64,000 nt of DNA from Candidatus Dormiibacterota bacterium (GCA_035533775.1 DATLTA010000057.1:2836-66835), one strand, 5' to 3'; positions 1 to 9,764 are shown, counted from the first letter of the stretch. A program made the numbers and translations. Notes: generated by a model not told the origin, from the letters alone.

Positions 1-1
1 A

Positions 2-1690
2 TCGGGCGTGTGGGAACTGTTTGTCCCCGGCCTGTCCGAGGGGGCAATTTACAAGTATGAAATTCGCCCGGCGTCATCCGACCTGCCGAGTTTGACGAGC
101 GATCCCTACGCGTTCCGTGGCGAACTGCGGCCCAATACGGGCTCCATCGTGGAGCGTCTGGACCGGCACAACTGGAACGACTGGGGCTGGATGGATTACC
201 GTTCGAAAAACGACTGGTTCTGCTCACCCGTATCCATCTATGAAATCCATCTCGGCTCCTGGCGGCACGTTGTGGAAGAGGGAAACCGTTGGCTGAGCTA
301 TTCCGAGCTGGCCGATCAGCTGATCCCCTACATGAAACAGATGGGCTACACGCATGTGGAATTGATGCCCGTGATGGAGCATCCGTTCGACGGTTCCTGG
401 GGCTATCAAACACTCGGTTATTTCGCGGCCACCAGCCGGTACGGCACACCGGAAGAATTCATGTCGTTCGTTGACCGGCTGCATCAGGCGGGGATCGGCA
501 TCGTTCTGGATTGGACGCCGGCGCATTTTCCCAGCGACGCGCATGGGCTTGCGGAGTTTGACGGCACTCATCTGTACGAGCATGCGGACCCTCGCCAGGG
601 CCGCCATCCGGACTGGGGCACCCTGGTCTTCAACTACGGCCGCAACGAAGTGCAGAATTTTCTGATCTCCAATGCCCTCTTCTGGATTGACAAGTACCAC
701 ATCGACGGCCTGCGCGTGGATGCCGTGGCTTCCATGCTGTATCTGGATTATTCCAGGCGCGAGGGCGAATGGATCCCCAATGAGTTTGGCGGACGCGAAA
801 ATCTGGCGGCCATCGCATTCCTGAAGCGTTTGAACGAAGTCGTCTACGCGCGGCATCCCGGCGTGCTGATGATTGCCGAGGAATCGACTTCCTGGCCCAT
901 GGTTTCCCGCCCCACGTATCTGGGCGGCCTGGGGTTCAGCCTCAAGTGGAATATGGGCTGGATGAACGACACGCTCAGCTATTTCGAACAGGAGCCGATC
1001 CATCGCAAGTATCACCACAGCCGGATGACGTTTTCGATGCTGTATGCGTTTACGGAAAATTTTGTTCTGCCCTTCTCGCATGACGAGGTCGTTCACGGCA
1101 AGAAGTCCCTCATAAATAAAATGCCCGGAGACCTGTGGCAGCAGTTCGCAAACCTGCGCCTGCTCTACGCCTACATGTTCGCGCATCCCGGCAAGAAGCT
1201 CATGTTCATGGGCGGCGAATTCGGGCAGAGGTCGGAATGGGACTCCAGCACGAGCCTGGAATGGCACCTGCTGAACTACGCGCCCCACCAGGGGTTGCAA
1301 GCACTGACCACCGATTTGAATGCCATTTACCGGAACGAGCCCGCCCTGCACCAGGTGGATTTCGACTGGCACGGATTCGAATGGCTCGACTGCAACGATT
1401 CCGACTCCAGCGTGCTTTCCTTCATTCGCCGAGCGAAGGATCCCGGTGATTTCCTGGTCGTGGTGGCCAGCTACACTCCTGTGTTGAGGGACAGCTACCG
1501 TGTGGGCGTGCCGGAATGGGGGTATTACCGGGAAATTTTGAATACCGACGCGGAACAATATGGCGGGTCAAACGCGGGAAATCTGGGCGGCGTGCACGCC
1601 GAAGCCACCCCCTGGGGCGATCACCCCTACTCCATCAACTTGCGCTTGCCGCCGCTGGGAGTCGTCTTCTTCAAGCATCAGCGCTGGTAA
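2..1690 (+). CDS. glgB: 1,4-alpha-glucan branching enzyme (5-prime end outside window)
   Basis: The frame is open to the window edge. GH13 branching-enzyme blocks are visible: [72 protein letters not shown]. Confidence 0.93.
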   Translation, partial: SGVWELFVPGLSEGAIYKYEIRPASSDLPSLTSDPYAFRGELRPNTGSIVERLDRHNWNDWGWMDYRSKNDWFCSPVSIYEIHLGSWRHVVEEGNRWLSYSELADQLIPYMKQMGYTHVELMPVMEHPFDGSWGYQTLGYFAATSRYGTPEEFMSFVDRLHQAGIGIVLDWTPAHFPSDAHGLAEFDGTHLYEHADPRQGRHPDWGTLVFNYGRNEVQNFLISNALFWIDKYHIDGLRVDAVASMLYLDYSRREGEWIPNEFGGRENLAAIAFLKRLNEVVYARHPGVLMIAEESTSWPMVSRPTYLGGLGFSLKWNMGWMNDTLSYFEQEPIHRKYHHSRMTFSMLYAFTENFVLPFSHDEVVHGKKSLINKMPGDLWQQFANLRLLYAYMFAHPGKKLMFMGGEFGQRSEWDSSTSLEWHLLNYAPHQGLQALTTDLNAIYRNEPALHQVDFDWHGFEWLDCNDSDSSVLSFIRRAKDPGDFLVVVASYTPVLRDSYRVGVPEWGYYREILNTDAEQYGGSNAGNLGGVHAEATPWGDHPYSINLRLPPLGVVFFKHQRW

Positions 1691-1789
1691 TTCGAAACGC
1701 GTTTTCCCTCTGCCCGGGACGCGCGCCTGGCAGGGCCACCAGGAACGGTCCCGCTTCATCTTCCATTGCGTTGCGTCCCGCCCGCGTGG

Positions 1790-2557
1790 TCAGGTTTTGG
1801 CGGGCACGAAATAGGCCTCCGCGCGAACCGCATCCTTCTGCCAGCCGTGCCGTTTGGCGATCCCTTTCACGTTCTCAATCATATCCGGGTGGCCGCAGAG
1901 ACACACTTCCGTGTCCTCCGGCTTCAGGTTCCACATGTCGGAGTACTTGCGAACCAATTCATCCACGCGGCCCGTTTCGCCTTTCCATTCGGCATCTTCC
2001 CAAGGGCGGCTGATCGTGCATACATGAGTCAGCCAGGGAACTTCGCTGGCCACTTTCGCCAATTCAGCCGAGTAACCCAGCTCCCAGGGACGGCTGGCGC
2101 CTTCCAGCACGAATAGACGGTGCGGTCCCTGAAATTCTCCAGCCTTCCACTCGCGATACAGCGACCGGACATAGCTGACATACGGCGCGATCCCGGTGAC
2201 GGTGGCAATCAGCAGATGGTTGGTGAACTTGCCGGAACGATTCAGCGTAAAAGCCCCCTTTGCGCTTTTTCGCATGGTGATCTGATCGCCCACCTGGGCC
2301 TTGTACAGCAGCGGCGTCAGCGCGCCTTGCGGCACCAGTTCGATAAAGAACTCCATGAATTCCTCATGCGGAGCGGAAACAATCGAGTAGGCGCGTTCAA
2401 TGTGCTTTTCAGGCGTAATGACGCCCAGGGTCGCATACTGGCCCGCTTTAAAGGGAAATTCCCCGCCCGGGTTCACACGGATCTTCCATAGATCTTCGGA
2501 AATATCAGTTCGGCTAAGTATTTGAGCAGAATAGAACTTGCTGCCGGGAACGGGCAT
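1790..2557 (-). CDS. fpr: ferredoxin--NADP(+) reductase (Fpr-type flavoprotein)
   Basis: 255 aa. FAD-binding RAYSIVS and NAD(P)-binding TVTGIAP motifs. AAGGAG Shine-Dalgarno 5 nt before the ATG. Confidence 0.85.
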   Translation of the reverse strand: MPVPGSKFYSAQILSRTDISEDLWKIRVNPGGEFPFKAGQYATLGVITPEKHIERAYSIVSAPHEEFMEFFIELVPQGALTPLLYKAQVGDQITMRKSAKGAFTLNRSGKFTNHLLIATVTGIAPYVSYVRSLYREWKAGEFQGPHRLFVLEGASRPWELGYSAELAKVASEVPWLTHVCTISRPWEDAEWKGETGRVDELVRKYSDMWNLKPEDTEVCLCGHPDMIENVKGIAKRHGWQKDAVRAEAYFVPAKT

Positions 2558-2739
2558 CGATTCTCCTTCGCACAGGCTTTCTTGCGTTTCAGATGGTCAC
2601 GCAATGCAGCGGCACCCAGGTGAACTGCGGAAGAAACCAGGCGCTTCGTCGATTTGCTGAAAAACATTTAAAAAGATGGGACGCTTGCAGTCCCCTTACA
2701 TAAAAGCCGATCCCTTCAGAAACATCGGGACAATGCGAT

Positions 2740-3462
2740 CTACCGGGCTTGCTGGCCCATGCGATCGCGCATCATTTGCATCGGATCGAACTTCCTCGGC
2801 GTCCCGGTGATGTGATCCTTCGCGCCGGTAATGACTTTGGTCAGGACCATCGAGGAAGACTTGCCCTGCGATTTCACCAGGCCCCAGGGCCCGACTTTGT
2901 CCGAAATCCACACGTCGGAGGATCCATCCTTCATGCGGTAGTGCTCGCAGGTAAACGTGCCCCCAGGGACCGTGATCGTCTCGGTTCCCACGTGCTCGGC
3001 ATCGTTGCGTACGTCGCTGGGCGAGGTCCGCCTCATGCCGCGGCCTGCCGGATTCATGTTCGCATCCATTTCCATGGGTTCCTGCCCGGGCATTTGCATG
3101 ATGGTCCGCGTGGAGGTCACGCCCGCGTCGCTCACGGACATCAGATTCTTGACGTACATTTCCCCGCCCATGCGCGGATTGGCCATCGCCATCTCCAGCC
3201 AGTACGCGGGCTTTCCGGCAACGTCTTCATTCCCCACAATCGTGATTTCCAGCTGTGACTTCATTCCATCACTGTCGGTCATCTCATAGGACGCTCCCGA
3301 TCCTACCACGGGATGCCAGACGCCGCTCAGCGTTGGCATTCGCTGCCGCATGCCCATTTGCGCCGCCAGCGGCAAAGCCATGGTGAATACGGCGAGAAGG
3401 ACGGCAATCTGCCTGGGTTTTACGAATTTCGATGCCCTACTCAGGAATTCTTTCGCTTTCAT
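2740..3462 (-). CDS. secreted hypothetical protein (Met-rich)
   Basis: Signal-like segment IAVLLAVFTMALPLAAQ. Start chosen at MKAKEF, 39 nt inside the track ORF. Normal amino-acid composition, unlike the antisense ORFs. No family recognised with confidence. Confidence 0.6.
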   Translation of the reverse strand: MKAKEFLSRASKFVKPRQIAVLLAVFTMALPLAAQMGMRQRMPTLSGVWHPVVGSGASYEMTDSDGMKSQLEITIVGNEDVAGKPAYWLEMAMANPRMGGEMYVKNLMSVSDAGVTSTRTIMQMPGQEPMEMDANMNPAGRGMRRTSPSDVRNDAEHVGTETITVPGGTFTCEHYRMKDGSSDVWISDKVGPWGLVKSQGKSSSMVLTKVITGAKDHITGTPRKFDPMQMMRDRMGQQAR

Positions 3463-3849
3463 GCACGCACCCCCACTAATCCCGGACATAGTAAATCGCA
3501 TTATTCAAAAACACTATTCGAATTTAACCGACGGCCAACTCGATTGCCCCTTGTACCAGATTTCATTCCGGCGGTGCAACCGGAATCCTGTCCGGCCTGT
3601 TGTGCTGGTCTTGCGCGGGGCGCTTCTCGTGCCTGTGAAAAGAAGCCAAACCTCCGGCGGCCGGGACGGCGGCCTCGGATTCAATTGGCGGTTTTTGAAC
3701 TGGATCAGGCGAAAATCTGCGGGATGTCCTTCGCTCCTCTCGGAATAAAAAACCTGCGCCACAAAAATCCGTCCCGCGTGATTTTCTCAATTTCTCCCGG
3801 TAGGGGGGAGGGGGGAGACTCTGACAGGCCGGAGATGCGTCTGTTCGTA

Positions 3850-4968
3850 CTATTCGTAGGCCAGGGCGTCCACGGGATCACATTGAGCGGCTCGCAAAGC
3901 AGGGTACAGAGCGCCGGCGATTGCGCCCGCAATCGTCAGCAGGATCGCCCGGACAATCCATCCGCCCTGGATGGCGATTTCCAGCGTGGGAGAGGTGCGA
4001 TGCAAAATCGCAACGATGCCATAGGTACAGAGCAAGCCAGAGGCCACGCCGAGCGCCACCATGACCAGGGTTTCGCCGATGATCATCCAGCAGATTTCCA
4101 GCCGCGACGACCCCAGCGCCTTGAGCACGCCGATATCGCGCGTTCTTTCCAGCACCATCGTGTGCATGGTGAGCAGCACCACCAGGAAGCTGATGATTAC
4201 ACCCAGGGTAATGAAGGAGCGAAGGAAGGGTTTCAATTCCGGCAGGTTGGACGACGTCATCAGCGTACTGTATTCCGCCATAGATCGGATCTGATATGTA
4301 GGGAGCAATTTAACCAGTTCTTTCTGCACACCCTCGGTGTTGCCGTTGCTGCGCACGTAAAATATGGAGACTCGATTATCCGCGCCGGCAATATCCTGCG
4401 CCGTTTTGATGGGGATGAAGAACCGCGCGCCCTTGCCGTGCACTACGATCCCCGAGATTGTAAATTCGTGGCCCAGCAGGTCCGCCTTCTGGCCCACGTG
4501 CAGGTGGCGCGAGTCCGCCGCCAGATCGTCGGCAATGGCCTGGTCCGGCCCCTGGAACGGGCCGCCCGATAAAAACGTGAAACCGTCGCTGAGTCCAGTA
4601 AACCTTTTATAATCAATTCCGTAAACCACGCCCAGGTTGTGCTGATCGACGACGATCAGGACCGGGGCCACCTCGTCGACTCCGGGAAGGCTGGCAATTT
4701 TATCCACCAGCGATTCGGGCATTACGGCGCTTGAAAACGCAAAGAAAATGGAAGAGTTGGGCGGCTGGACGATGATGTCCGCGCCCACTCCTTCCGCGCG
4801 AGTACGCCAGTCGGATAATGCGCCGTTCGTGAGGCCCACGATCAGCAGGATCAGAAAGACCTGCAGCGCCAAGGCCAGCACACTCAGTGCTGAACGCAGC
4901 GGGCGAACTCCCAGGTTGCTCCACAGGAGGTGCCAGATTACAAAACCTTTGTACGGTCTTTCATCCAT
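3850..4968 (-). CDS. ABC transporter permease, MacB/FtsX-like (periplasmic core domain plus C-terminal FtsX 4-TM module)
   Basis: 372 aa. N-terminal TM (LSVLALALQVFLILLIVGL), a large extracytoplasmic domain, and a C-terminal FtsX-type region (GVLKALGSSRLEICWMIIGETLVMVALG...). No ATPase gene is adjacent. Confidence 0.8.
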   Translation of the reverse strand: MDERPYKGFVIWHLLWSNLGVRPLRSALSVLALALQVFLILLIVGLTNGALSDWRTRAEGVGADIIVQPPNSSIFFAFSSAVMPESLVDKIASLPGVDEVAPVLIVVDQHNLGVVYGIDYKRFTGLSDGFTFLSGGPFQGPDQAIADDLAADSRHLHVGQKADLLGHEFTISGIVVHGKGARFFIPIKTAQDIAGADNRVSIFYVRSNGNTEGVQKELVKLLPTYQIRSMAEYSTLMTSSNLPELKPFLRSFITLGVIISFLVVLLTMHTMVLERTRDIGVLKALGSSRLEICWMIIGETLVMVALGVASGLLCTYGIVAILHRTSPTLEIAIQGGWIVRAILLTIAGAIAGALYPALRAAQCDPVDALAYE

Positions 4969-5290
4969 TCATTGAATTCCATAGCCGGCAGACTTTTCTC
5001 GATGAACTTTCTCGACACACCCGGCAACCGATTTCCATACGACAATCTAACATCGGGCGCCACGCGGGTCAAAGCCGCTCAACATTTTAGGACGAACGGG
5101 GTTTTCAACAGTTTTGTTGAAAAGTATGTGGAAATCCCCTCGAAAAAATCCGTACCGCGCCTGAAATACAGCGCTTGATGCGGTTTGCACAAAGATGAAG
5201 CAAATGCGTCCTGGGAAATTCGGGACTAAAGTAAGGAATGGTGCCTGCCGATCAACCGGGAGAGAAATACCGGCTTGCTTTTCAATAATT

Positions 5291-5701
5291 TCAATACCAC
5301 AAGTGGGGCCGGCCGAGGTGGATGTTGATCGTGCGTTTCGTTTCGTCAATGTCGTAATACTCGCCAAACGTCTTCCACCCCGGCGCTACGATCTGGATCA
5401 GGAATTTGCCCGGCGGAATGACGGGCACATGGCATTCGCCGGACAAATTCGTTTTCAGATTCATCTCGATGTGCCTGTCCTTGGCAAATCGACGCGCTTC
5501 CACAAACTTCACGTAGACGCTGGCGCTATCCACGGGTTTATTCTCTTTCCCACCGGTGACGACAATCGTCAACCGGCTGTCTTTCGAAGCGGAATCCGAT
5601 TTCTCCCTGGCATCCGCGCTTTTATCCTGCGCGCGAAGGCCGATGGCAAACAGAAACACCAGCAACGACAGAAACAGAGCGGTCTTTTTTGTGGGATTCA
5701 T
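5291..5701 (-). CDS. small secreted protein with carboxypeptidase-regulatory-like (Ig-like beta-sandwich) domain
   Basis: Start taken at MNPTKK with signal peptide ALFLSLLVFLFAIGLRAQ. The pattern RLTIVVTGG...PVDSASVYV...GECHVPVIPPGKFLIQIVAPGW is typical of CarboxypepD_reg-like domains. Confidence 0.6.
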   Translation of the reverse strand: MNPTKKTALFLSLLVFLFAIGLRAQDKSADAREKSDSASKDSRLTIVVTGGKENKPVDSASVYVKFVEARRFAKDRHIEMNLKTNLSGECHVPVIPPGKFLIQIVAPGWKTFGEYYDIDETKRTINIHLGRPHLWY

Positions 5702-6029
5702 CTCAATTCTCACAACGCGCTCCTTCCGAATGGCTCGATTTCGCTTCCTATTCTTCCCCTTTTTTCCCGATCGCACAAGCCGGAAGTGGCATGCGCCCGG
5801 CTTCAGAAGTGCTTACTGTGGCGTGTTTTCCATGCAGGCCGGGGCTGCAGCTTCGGGAAAATGTTTCATCCCGAACCATCCTCCGATCAGGCGAGCAGGG
5901 GCTTTAACCCTCGAAGTTTCAAAAGCCAAAGTCCACAAGATTCCGGACCTGGAAGGCCCGAGCGGATGTTCGAACCTGCGAAAAGCGCAATTTAAATCAA
6001 ATCAGCCCACTTCACGGAAGGTCATTGCA

Positions 6030-6058
6030 TTGACTCGGCTGCGCTCCTGAGCTACTTT
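6030..6058 (+). promoter_or_regulatory. candidate sigma70-type promoter TTGACT-N17-TACTTT for the transsulfuration gene
   Basis: Hexamers at 6030-6035 and 6053-6058. This would give a leader of about 140 nt before the ATG at 6207. Confidence 0.3.
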
Positions 6059-6206
6059 CAACCGGCCAGCGCATTTATCCCAACCTTCGAAAATGGCGCG
6101 CTTCTGGCTGGAACGCCGCCAATCGCGGGGCGGGAACCGGAACGTTCAACCCCTGGCGCTCTGGCGGGATAGCGCCTGCAAGATCCAAGATCAAGGAGAT
6201 TTTCCC

Positions 6207-7346
6207 ATGGGATTCGCAACTGATGCCATCCACGTAGGGCAGGAGCCCGATCCGTCCACCGGAGCCATTGTCGCGCCAATCTATCAGACCTCGACGTACG
6301 TTCAGGAAGAGCTTGGAAAAAACAAGGGCTACGACTACGCACGGACAGCGCACCCGAACCGCCGCGCGCTGGAACGTACCATGGCAAAATTGGAGGGCGG
6401 CAGCGCGGCCTACGTCTTCACCTCAGGCATGGCAGCCATCGATTCCGTGTTTCGGCTTCTCCGCCCGGGCGACCACGCCATCATTTCGGAAGCGGTGTAC
6501 GGCGGCGTCATCCGCCTTACGACGCAATTTCTGGTGCAATGGGGATTGGAATTCAGCTTTGTGGACACCACTTCTCCCGAACAGGTGCAACGCGCCATCC
6601 AGCCGAACACGAAGATGATCTACATCGAGACGCCGACCAATCCAACGATGTGCGTCACCGACATTGCGGCGATCGCCGCGATTTCCGCCAAGCAAAAGAC
6701 CACGCTCGTGGTGGACAACACATTCCTGAGCCCTTACCTGCAGTCCCCCATCGCCCTGGGCGCGCAGATCGTCGTCCATTCGATGACGAAATACCTGAAC
6801 GGCCACAGCGATTCCGTGGGAGGAGCCGTGATCCTCACAAACGCGTCCGATGCGGAAAAAATTTATTTCCTGCAGCGCTCGACCGGAGCGGGCCTGGCGC
6901 CCATGGACTGCTTCCTGATTTCGCGCGGAATCAAAACGCTGGCCGTGCGGATGCAGCAGCACGACGCGAACGGCCGAACCATCGCGCGCTTCCTGGAGGA
7001 CCACCCGTCGGTGCAGCGCGTGCTTTATCCGGGCCTGCCGTCGCACGCGCAGCACGATATTGCCTTCCGGCAACAGCGCGGATTCGGCGCCATGATTTCC
7101 TTCGACGTGGTAACTCTGGAAAATGCGCGCACCGTGTTGAATCACCTGAAGCTGTGCTCCCTGGCGGAGAGCCTGGGAGGTGTGGAAACGCTGATTTCGC
7201 ATCCCGCCTCGATGACGCACGCTTCGGTCCCTCGGGAAGTTCGCCAGCAGATCGGAATCACCGACGGGCTGATACGCATTTCCGTGGGCATCGAGGACGT
7301 CGAGGATTTGATTGCCGACCTGGATCAGGCACTGCGCAAAATCTGA
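6207..7346 (+). CDS. Cys/Met-metabolism PLP-dependent enzyme (cystathionine gamma-synthase / beta-lyase / gamma-lyase family)
   Basis: Start at MGFATDAIHVG with AAGGAG 8 nt upstream. PLP-lysine block VVHSMTKYLNGHSD. Family blocks YARTAHPNRRALE and IETPTNPTM. Confidence 0.88.
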   Translation: MGFATDAIHVGQEPDPSTGAIVAPIYQTSTYVQEELGKNKGYDYARTAHPNRRALERTMAKLEGGSAAYVFTSGMAAIDSVFRLLRPGDHAIISEAVYGGVIRLTTQFLVQWGLEFSFVDTTSPEQVQRAIQPNTKMIYIETPTNPTMCVTDIAAIAAISAKQKTTLVVDNTFLSPYLQSPIALGAQIVVHSMTKYLNGHSDSVGGAVILTNASDAEKIYFLQRSTGAGLAPMDCFLISRGIKTLAVRMQQHDANGRTIARFLEDHPSVQRVLYPGLPSHAQHDIAFRQQRGFGAMISFDVVTLENARTVLNHLKLCSLAESLGGVETLISHPASMTHASVPREVRQQIGITDGLIRISVGIEDVEDLIADLDQALRKI

Positions 7347-7482
7347 GTCCGGATTTTTCGAAACGCCTGGCAGGAATGAATTGATTAGCAAGCCGGGGCG
7401 CGGCTCACCGTGAGCGTTCTACCGAAATAAAACGATCGAAATAAAATTAATGTCCCGCCCCTGCGGCTTCTTCGCGCCCTGG

Positions 7483-7806
7483 CTATTCACCCAGGCTTTC
7501 TTCCATCCATGCGAGGTAGGCGCGAGACCCCGCGACAACCGGCAGGGCGATGAATTCGGGAGCGTCGTAGGAATGCAGCCGCTCCACCGCGCTGCGCAGC
7601 TTTGCCAGGCGCCTGCGCGAGGTCTTGATCAGCAGCAGCTTTTCGCTCGCCGACTCCACCTTGCCTTTCCAGCGATAGATCGAAGTGACCGCTCCGGGCA
7701 GAATGTTAACGCACGCGGCCAGGCGCGCCTGCACCACGGCGCGCGCAATCCGCCGGGCCTCCGCCGCGTTCGAGCAGGTCACCAGCACCACTAATTTTTG
7801 CGCCAT
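7483..7806 (-). CDS. cutA: divalent-cation tolerance protein CutA
   Basis: 107 aa. Typical CutA blocks: LAACVNI, SIYRWKGKVE, LLIKT, HSYDAPEFIALPV. Confidence 0.88.
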   Translation of the reverse strand: MAQKLVVLVTCSNAAEARRIARAVVQARLAACVNILPGAVTSIYRWKGKVESASEKLLLIKTSRRRLAKLRSAVERLHSYDAPEFIALPVVAGSRAYLAWMEESLGE

Positions 7807-7881
7807 CCAGCCTCCCCCGGCCCGTTACTCTTTCTCGCGTCGCCGCTTTGCGCCTATATCTATTCTGCGGCTCCACGCTAC

Positions 7882-7913
7882 AATACTTCGCCGGGGGCGA
7901 AAGTATTTTTTTT
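7882..7913 (+). terminator. terminator-like hairpin plus T8 in the cutA/pgm divergent spacer
   Basis: AATACTTCGCC-GGG-GGCGAAAGTATT followed by an 8-T run on the plus strand. No plus-strand gene ends here. Confidence 0.35.
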
Positions 7914-7977
7914 CGATACGCGTGCGGGTCCGCCGCGGCGGACTGCCCGCAAGGCGTGCGGGATATACAGAAAATAA

Positions 7978-9399
7978 ATGACGGCGACGATTAAATTCGG
8001 CACCTCCGGCTGGCGCGCGATTATCGCGGAAGATTTCACCTTCGCGAACGTTCGCCTCGCTGCGGCTGCCATCGCCGAGCATGTCCGCAGCCGCAACGCA
8101 AAGCCCACGCTGATTGTCGGGCACGACCCGCGATTTTTCGGGGAGGAATTCGCGCGCGCCGCCGCGGAAATCCTGCGCGAGCACGGCGTCCATGTGCTGG
8201 AATGCCAGGGACCGGCGCCGACCCCCGCCATCGCTTACGAAATCCTGCGGCGCAAGGTCGATGGAGCCATCAATTTTACGGCCAGCCATAATCCCGCCGA
8301 GTACCAGGGCTTGAAATTTTCCGGCCCCGATGGCGGCCCGGCGCTTCCCGAAGTCACACGCGACATCGAGGCGCGCGCGGTGAAAATCGGGACGCGCGCT
8401 CCAGCCAAGCCAAACGACGCGCCTTTCGAAAACATTAATCCGCGGGACGCCTACCTGCAGCGCCTGGAACAGCTGGTGAATTTCAAGGCGATCGCGGACG
8501 CAAAATTGAGCGTCGTTACCGACGCGCTGCACGGTTGCGGCGCCGAATACCTGGACCGCGTACTGGCTGCGCACGGCGTCGATGTGCAAGCCCTGCGAAT
8601 TGACCGGGATGTCCTGTTCGACGGTTCCGGGCCGGATGTGTCCGAGAAAAATCTGCGCCCCACGCGCGACGCCGTGCTCGCGAAAAAAGCGGCCGCGGGC
8701 CTGGCCACCGACGGCGACGCCGACCGGTTCGGCATCCTTGATTCCGACGGCACCTGGATGCAGCCCAATCACATTCTCGCGCTGCTCTACGACTACATCG
8801 TGGAATCGCGCGGCTGGAAAATGCCGGCAGGCCGCAGCGTGGCCACCTCGCACATGATGGACGCGGTCGCAAAACATTACGGCACGACCGTGTTTCAAAC
8901 GCCCGTGGGATTCAAGTACATTGGCGAGCTGATCCAGAAAGATAAAATCGCGATGGGTGGCGAGGAAAGCGCGGGCATGACAATCCGCGGCCACATTCCG
9001 GAAAAGGACGGCATTCTGGCCTGCCTGCTGGTTGCGGAGATGATCGCCGCGCGGCGCGCGACGCTCGCCGAGCAGTTGGGCGCGCTGTTCCAACGCCTCG
9101 GCCGCGAGTTCTGGCCGCAACGCACCAACCTGCACTTGCCCGAGGACATCAAGCGGGAAACAGTGGAGCGGCTGAAAACCGATTTCTCGACTTTCCTCGG
9201 GCGGCGCGTCAAAAGCCTGGACCGCACGGACGGCCTGAAAATCGAGTTTGACGATGGTGCATGGGTTCTGCTGCGCCTTTCCGGCACCGAACCCCTCATG
9301 AGAATTTATACGGAAGCTGCGACACCCCAGGAATCCACCAGCATTGCGAGCCAAACGCAGGCCTGGATCATGGGCGCGGCAAAGGAAGCGAAGGCATAA
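7978..9399 (+). CDS. phosphoglucomutase/phosphomannomutase family protein
   Basis: 473 aa. Catalytic phosphoserine loop TASHNPAEYQG, Mg loop ATDGDADRF, sugar loop GGEESAG, C-terminal RLSGTEP. Confidence 0.9.
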   Translation: MTATIKFGTSGWRAIIAEDFTFANVRLAAAAIAEHVRSRNAKPTLIVGHDPRFFGEEFARAAAEILREHGVHVLECQGPAPTPAIAYEILRRKVDGAINFTASHNPAEYQGLKFSGPDGGPALPEVTRDIEARAVKIGTRAPAKPNDAPFENINPRDAYLQRLEQLVNFKAIADAKLSVVTDALHGCGAEYLDRVLAAHGVDVQALRIDRDVLFDGSGPDVSEKNLRPTRDAVLAKKAAAGLATDGDADRFGILDSDGTWMQPNHILALLYDYIVESRGWKMPAGRSVATSHMMDAVAKHYGTTVFQTPVGFKYIGELIQKDKIAMGGEESAGMTIRGHIPEKDGILACLLVAEMIAARRATLAEQLGALFQRLGREFWPQRTNLHLPEDIKRETVERLKTDFSTFLGRRVKSLDRTDGLKIEFDDGAWVLLRLSGTEPLMRIYTEAATPQESTSIASQTQAWIMGAAKEAKA

Positions 9400-9764
9400 T
9401 GCCGGAAAACCACATACGGCGCTTTTCTGCGGACAGGGTGACGGCCTACGTCCGGCAAAACCTGCGGCAAATCCTGGCGCTCGCGTTTTTCGCCCTGCTC
9501 GTGCATGACATTTTCGGCGCGCATGGTTTTATCGCCATGCGCCGCACGCAGAAGGAAATTCAGCAAATCCACCAGCAGATCGGAAAGCTGAATGACGAGA
9601 ACAAGTCTCTGAACCAGCAGGTTACCTCGCTCAAGACCGACCCGAAGGCCATCGAACGCATCGCGCGCGAGGATATGGGACTTGCGCGTCCCGGAGAAAT
9701 GATCTACAAGATTCCCGAATCCGACAAGCCCGGCGACCCGCAAACACCCGACACGCAAAAATAA
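9399..9764 (+). CDS. ftsB: septum formation initiator (FtsB/DivIC family)
   Basis: The ATG overlaps the pgm TAA (TAATG). Single TM (ILALAFFALLVHDIFGA), then a coiled coil, then the conserved IERIAREDMGLARPGE block. Confidence 0.8.
   Translation: MPENHIRRFSADRVTAYVRQNLRQILALAFFALLVHDIFGAHGFIAMRRTQKEIQQIHQQIGKLNDENKSLNQQVTSLKTDPKAIERIAREDMGLARPGEMIYKIPESDKPGDPQTPDTQK

Noticed and set aside
7825-9354. 509-aa minus-strand ORF covering the whole PGM locus
   Set aside because: It is antisense to a gene with clear PGM catalytic motifs. The product is Arg/Gly/Ala-rich with no motifs, as expected for a stop-poor antisense frame in GC-rich DNA.
9261-9398. N-terminal extensions of track ORFs into the preceding gene. 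Cases: ftsB from 9261, gcvPA from 18654, gcvPB from 20412, metC-like from 6093, LON-N from 28629, and others.
   Set aside because: The extensions overlap upstream genes or spacers out of frame, lack a Shine-Dalgarno, and precede the point where family-conserved N-termini begin. Internal starts with an SD were chosen instead.
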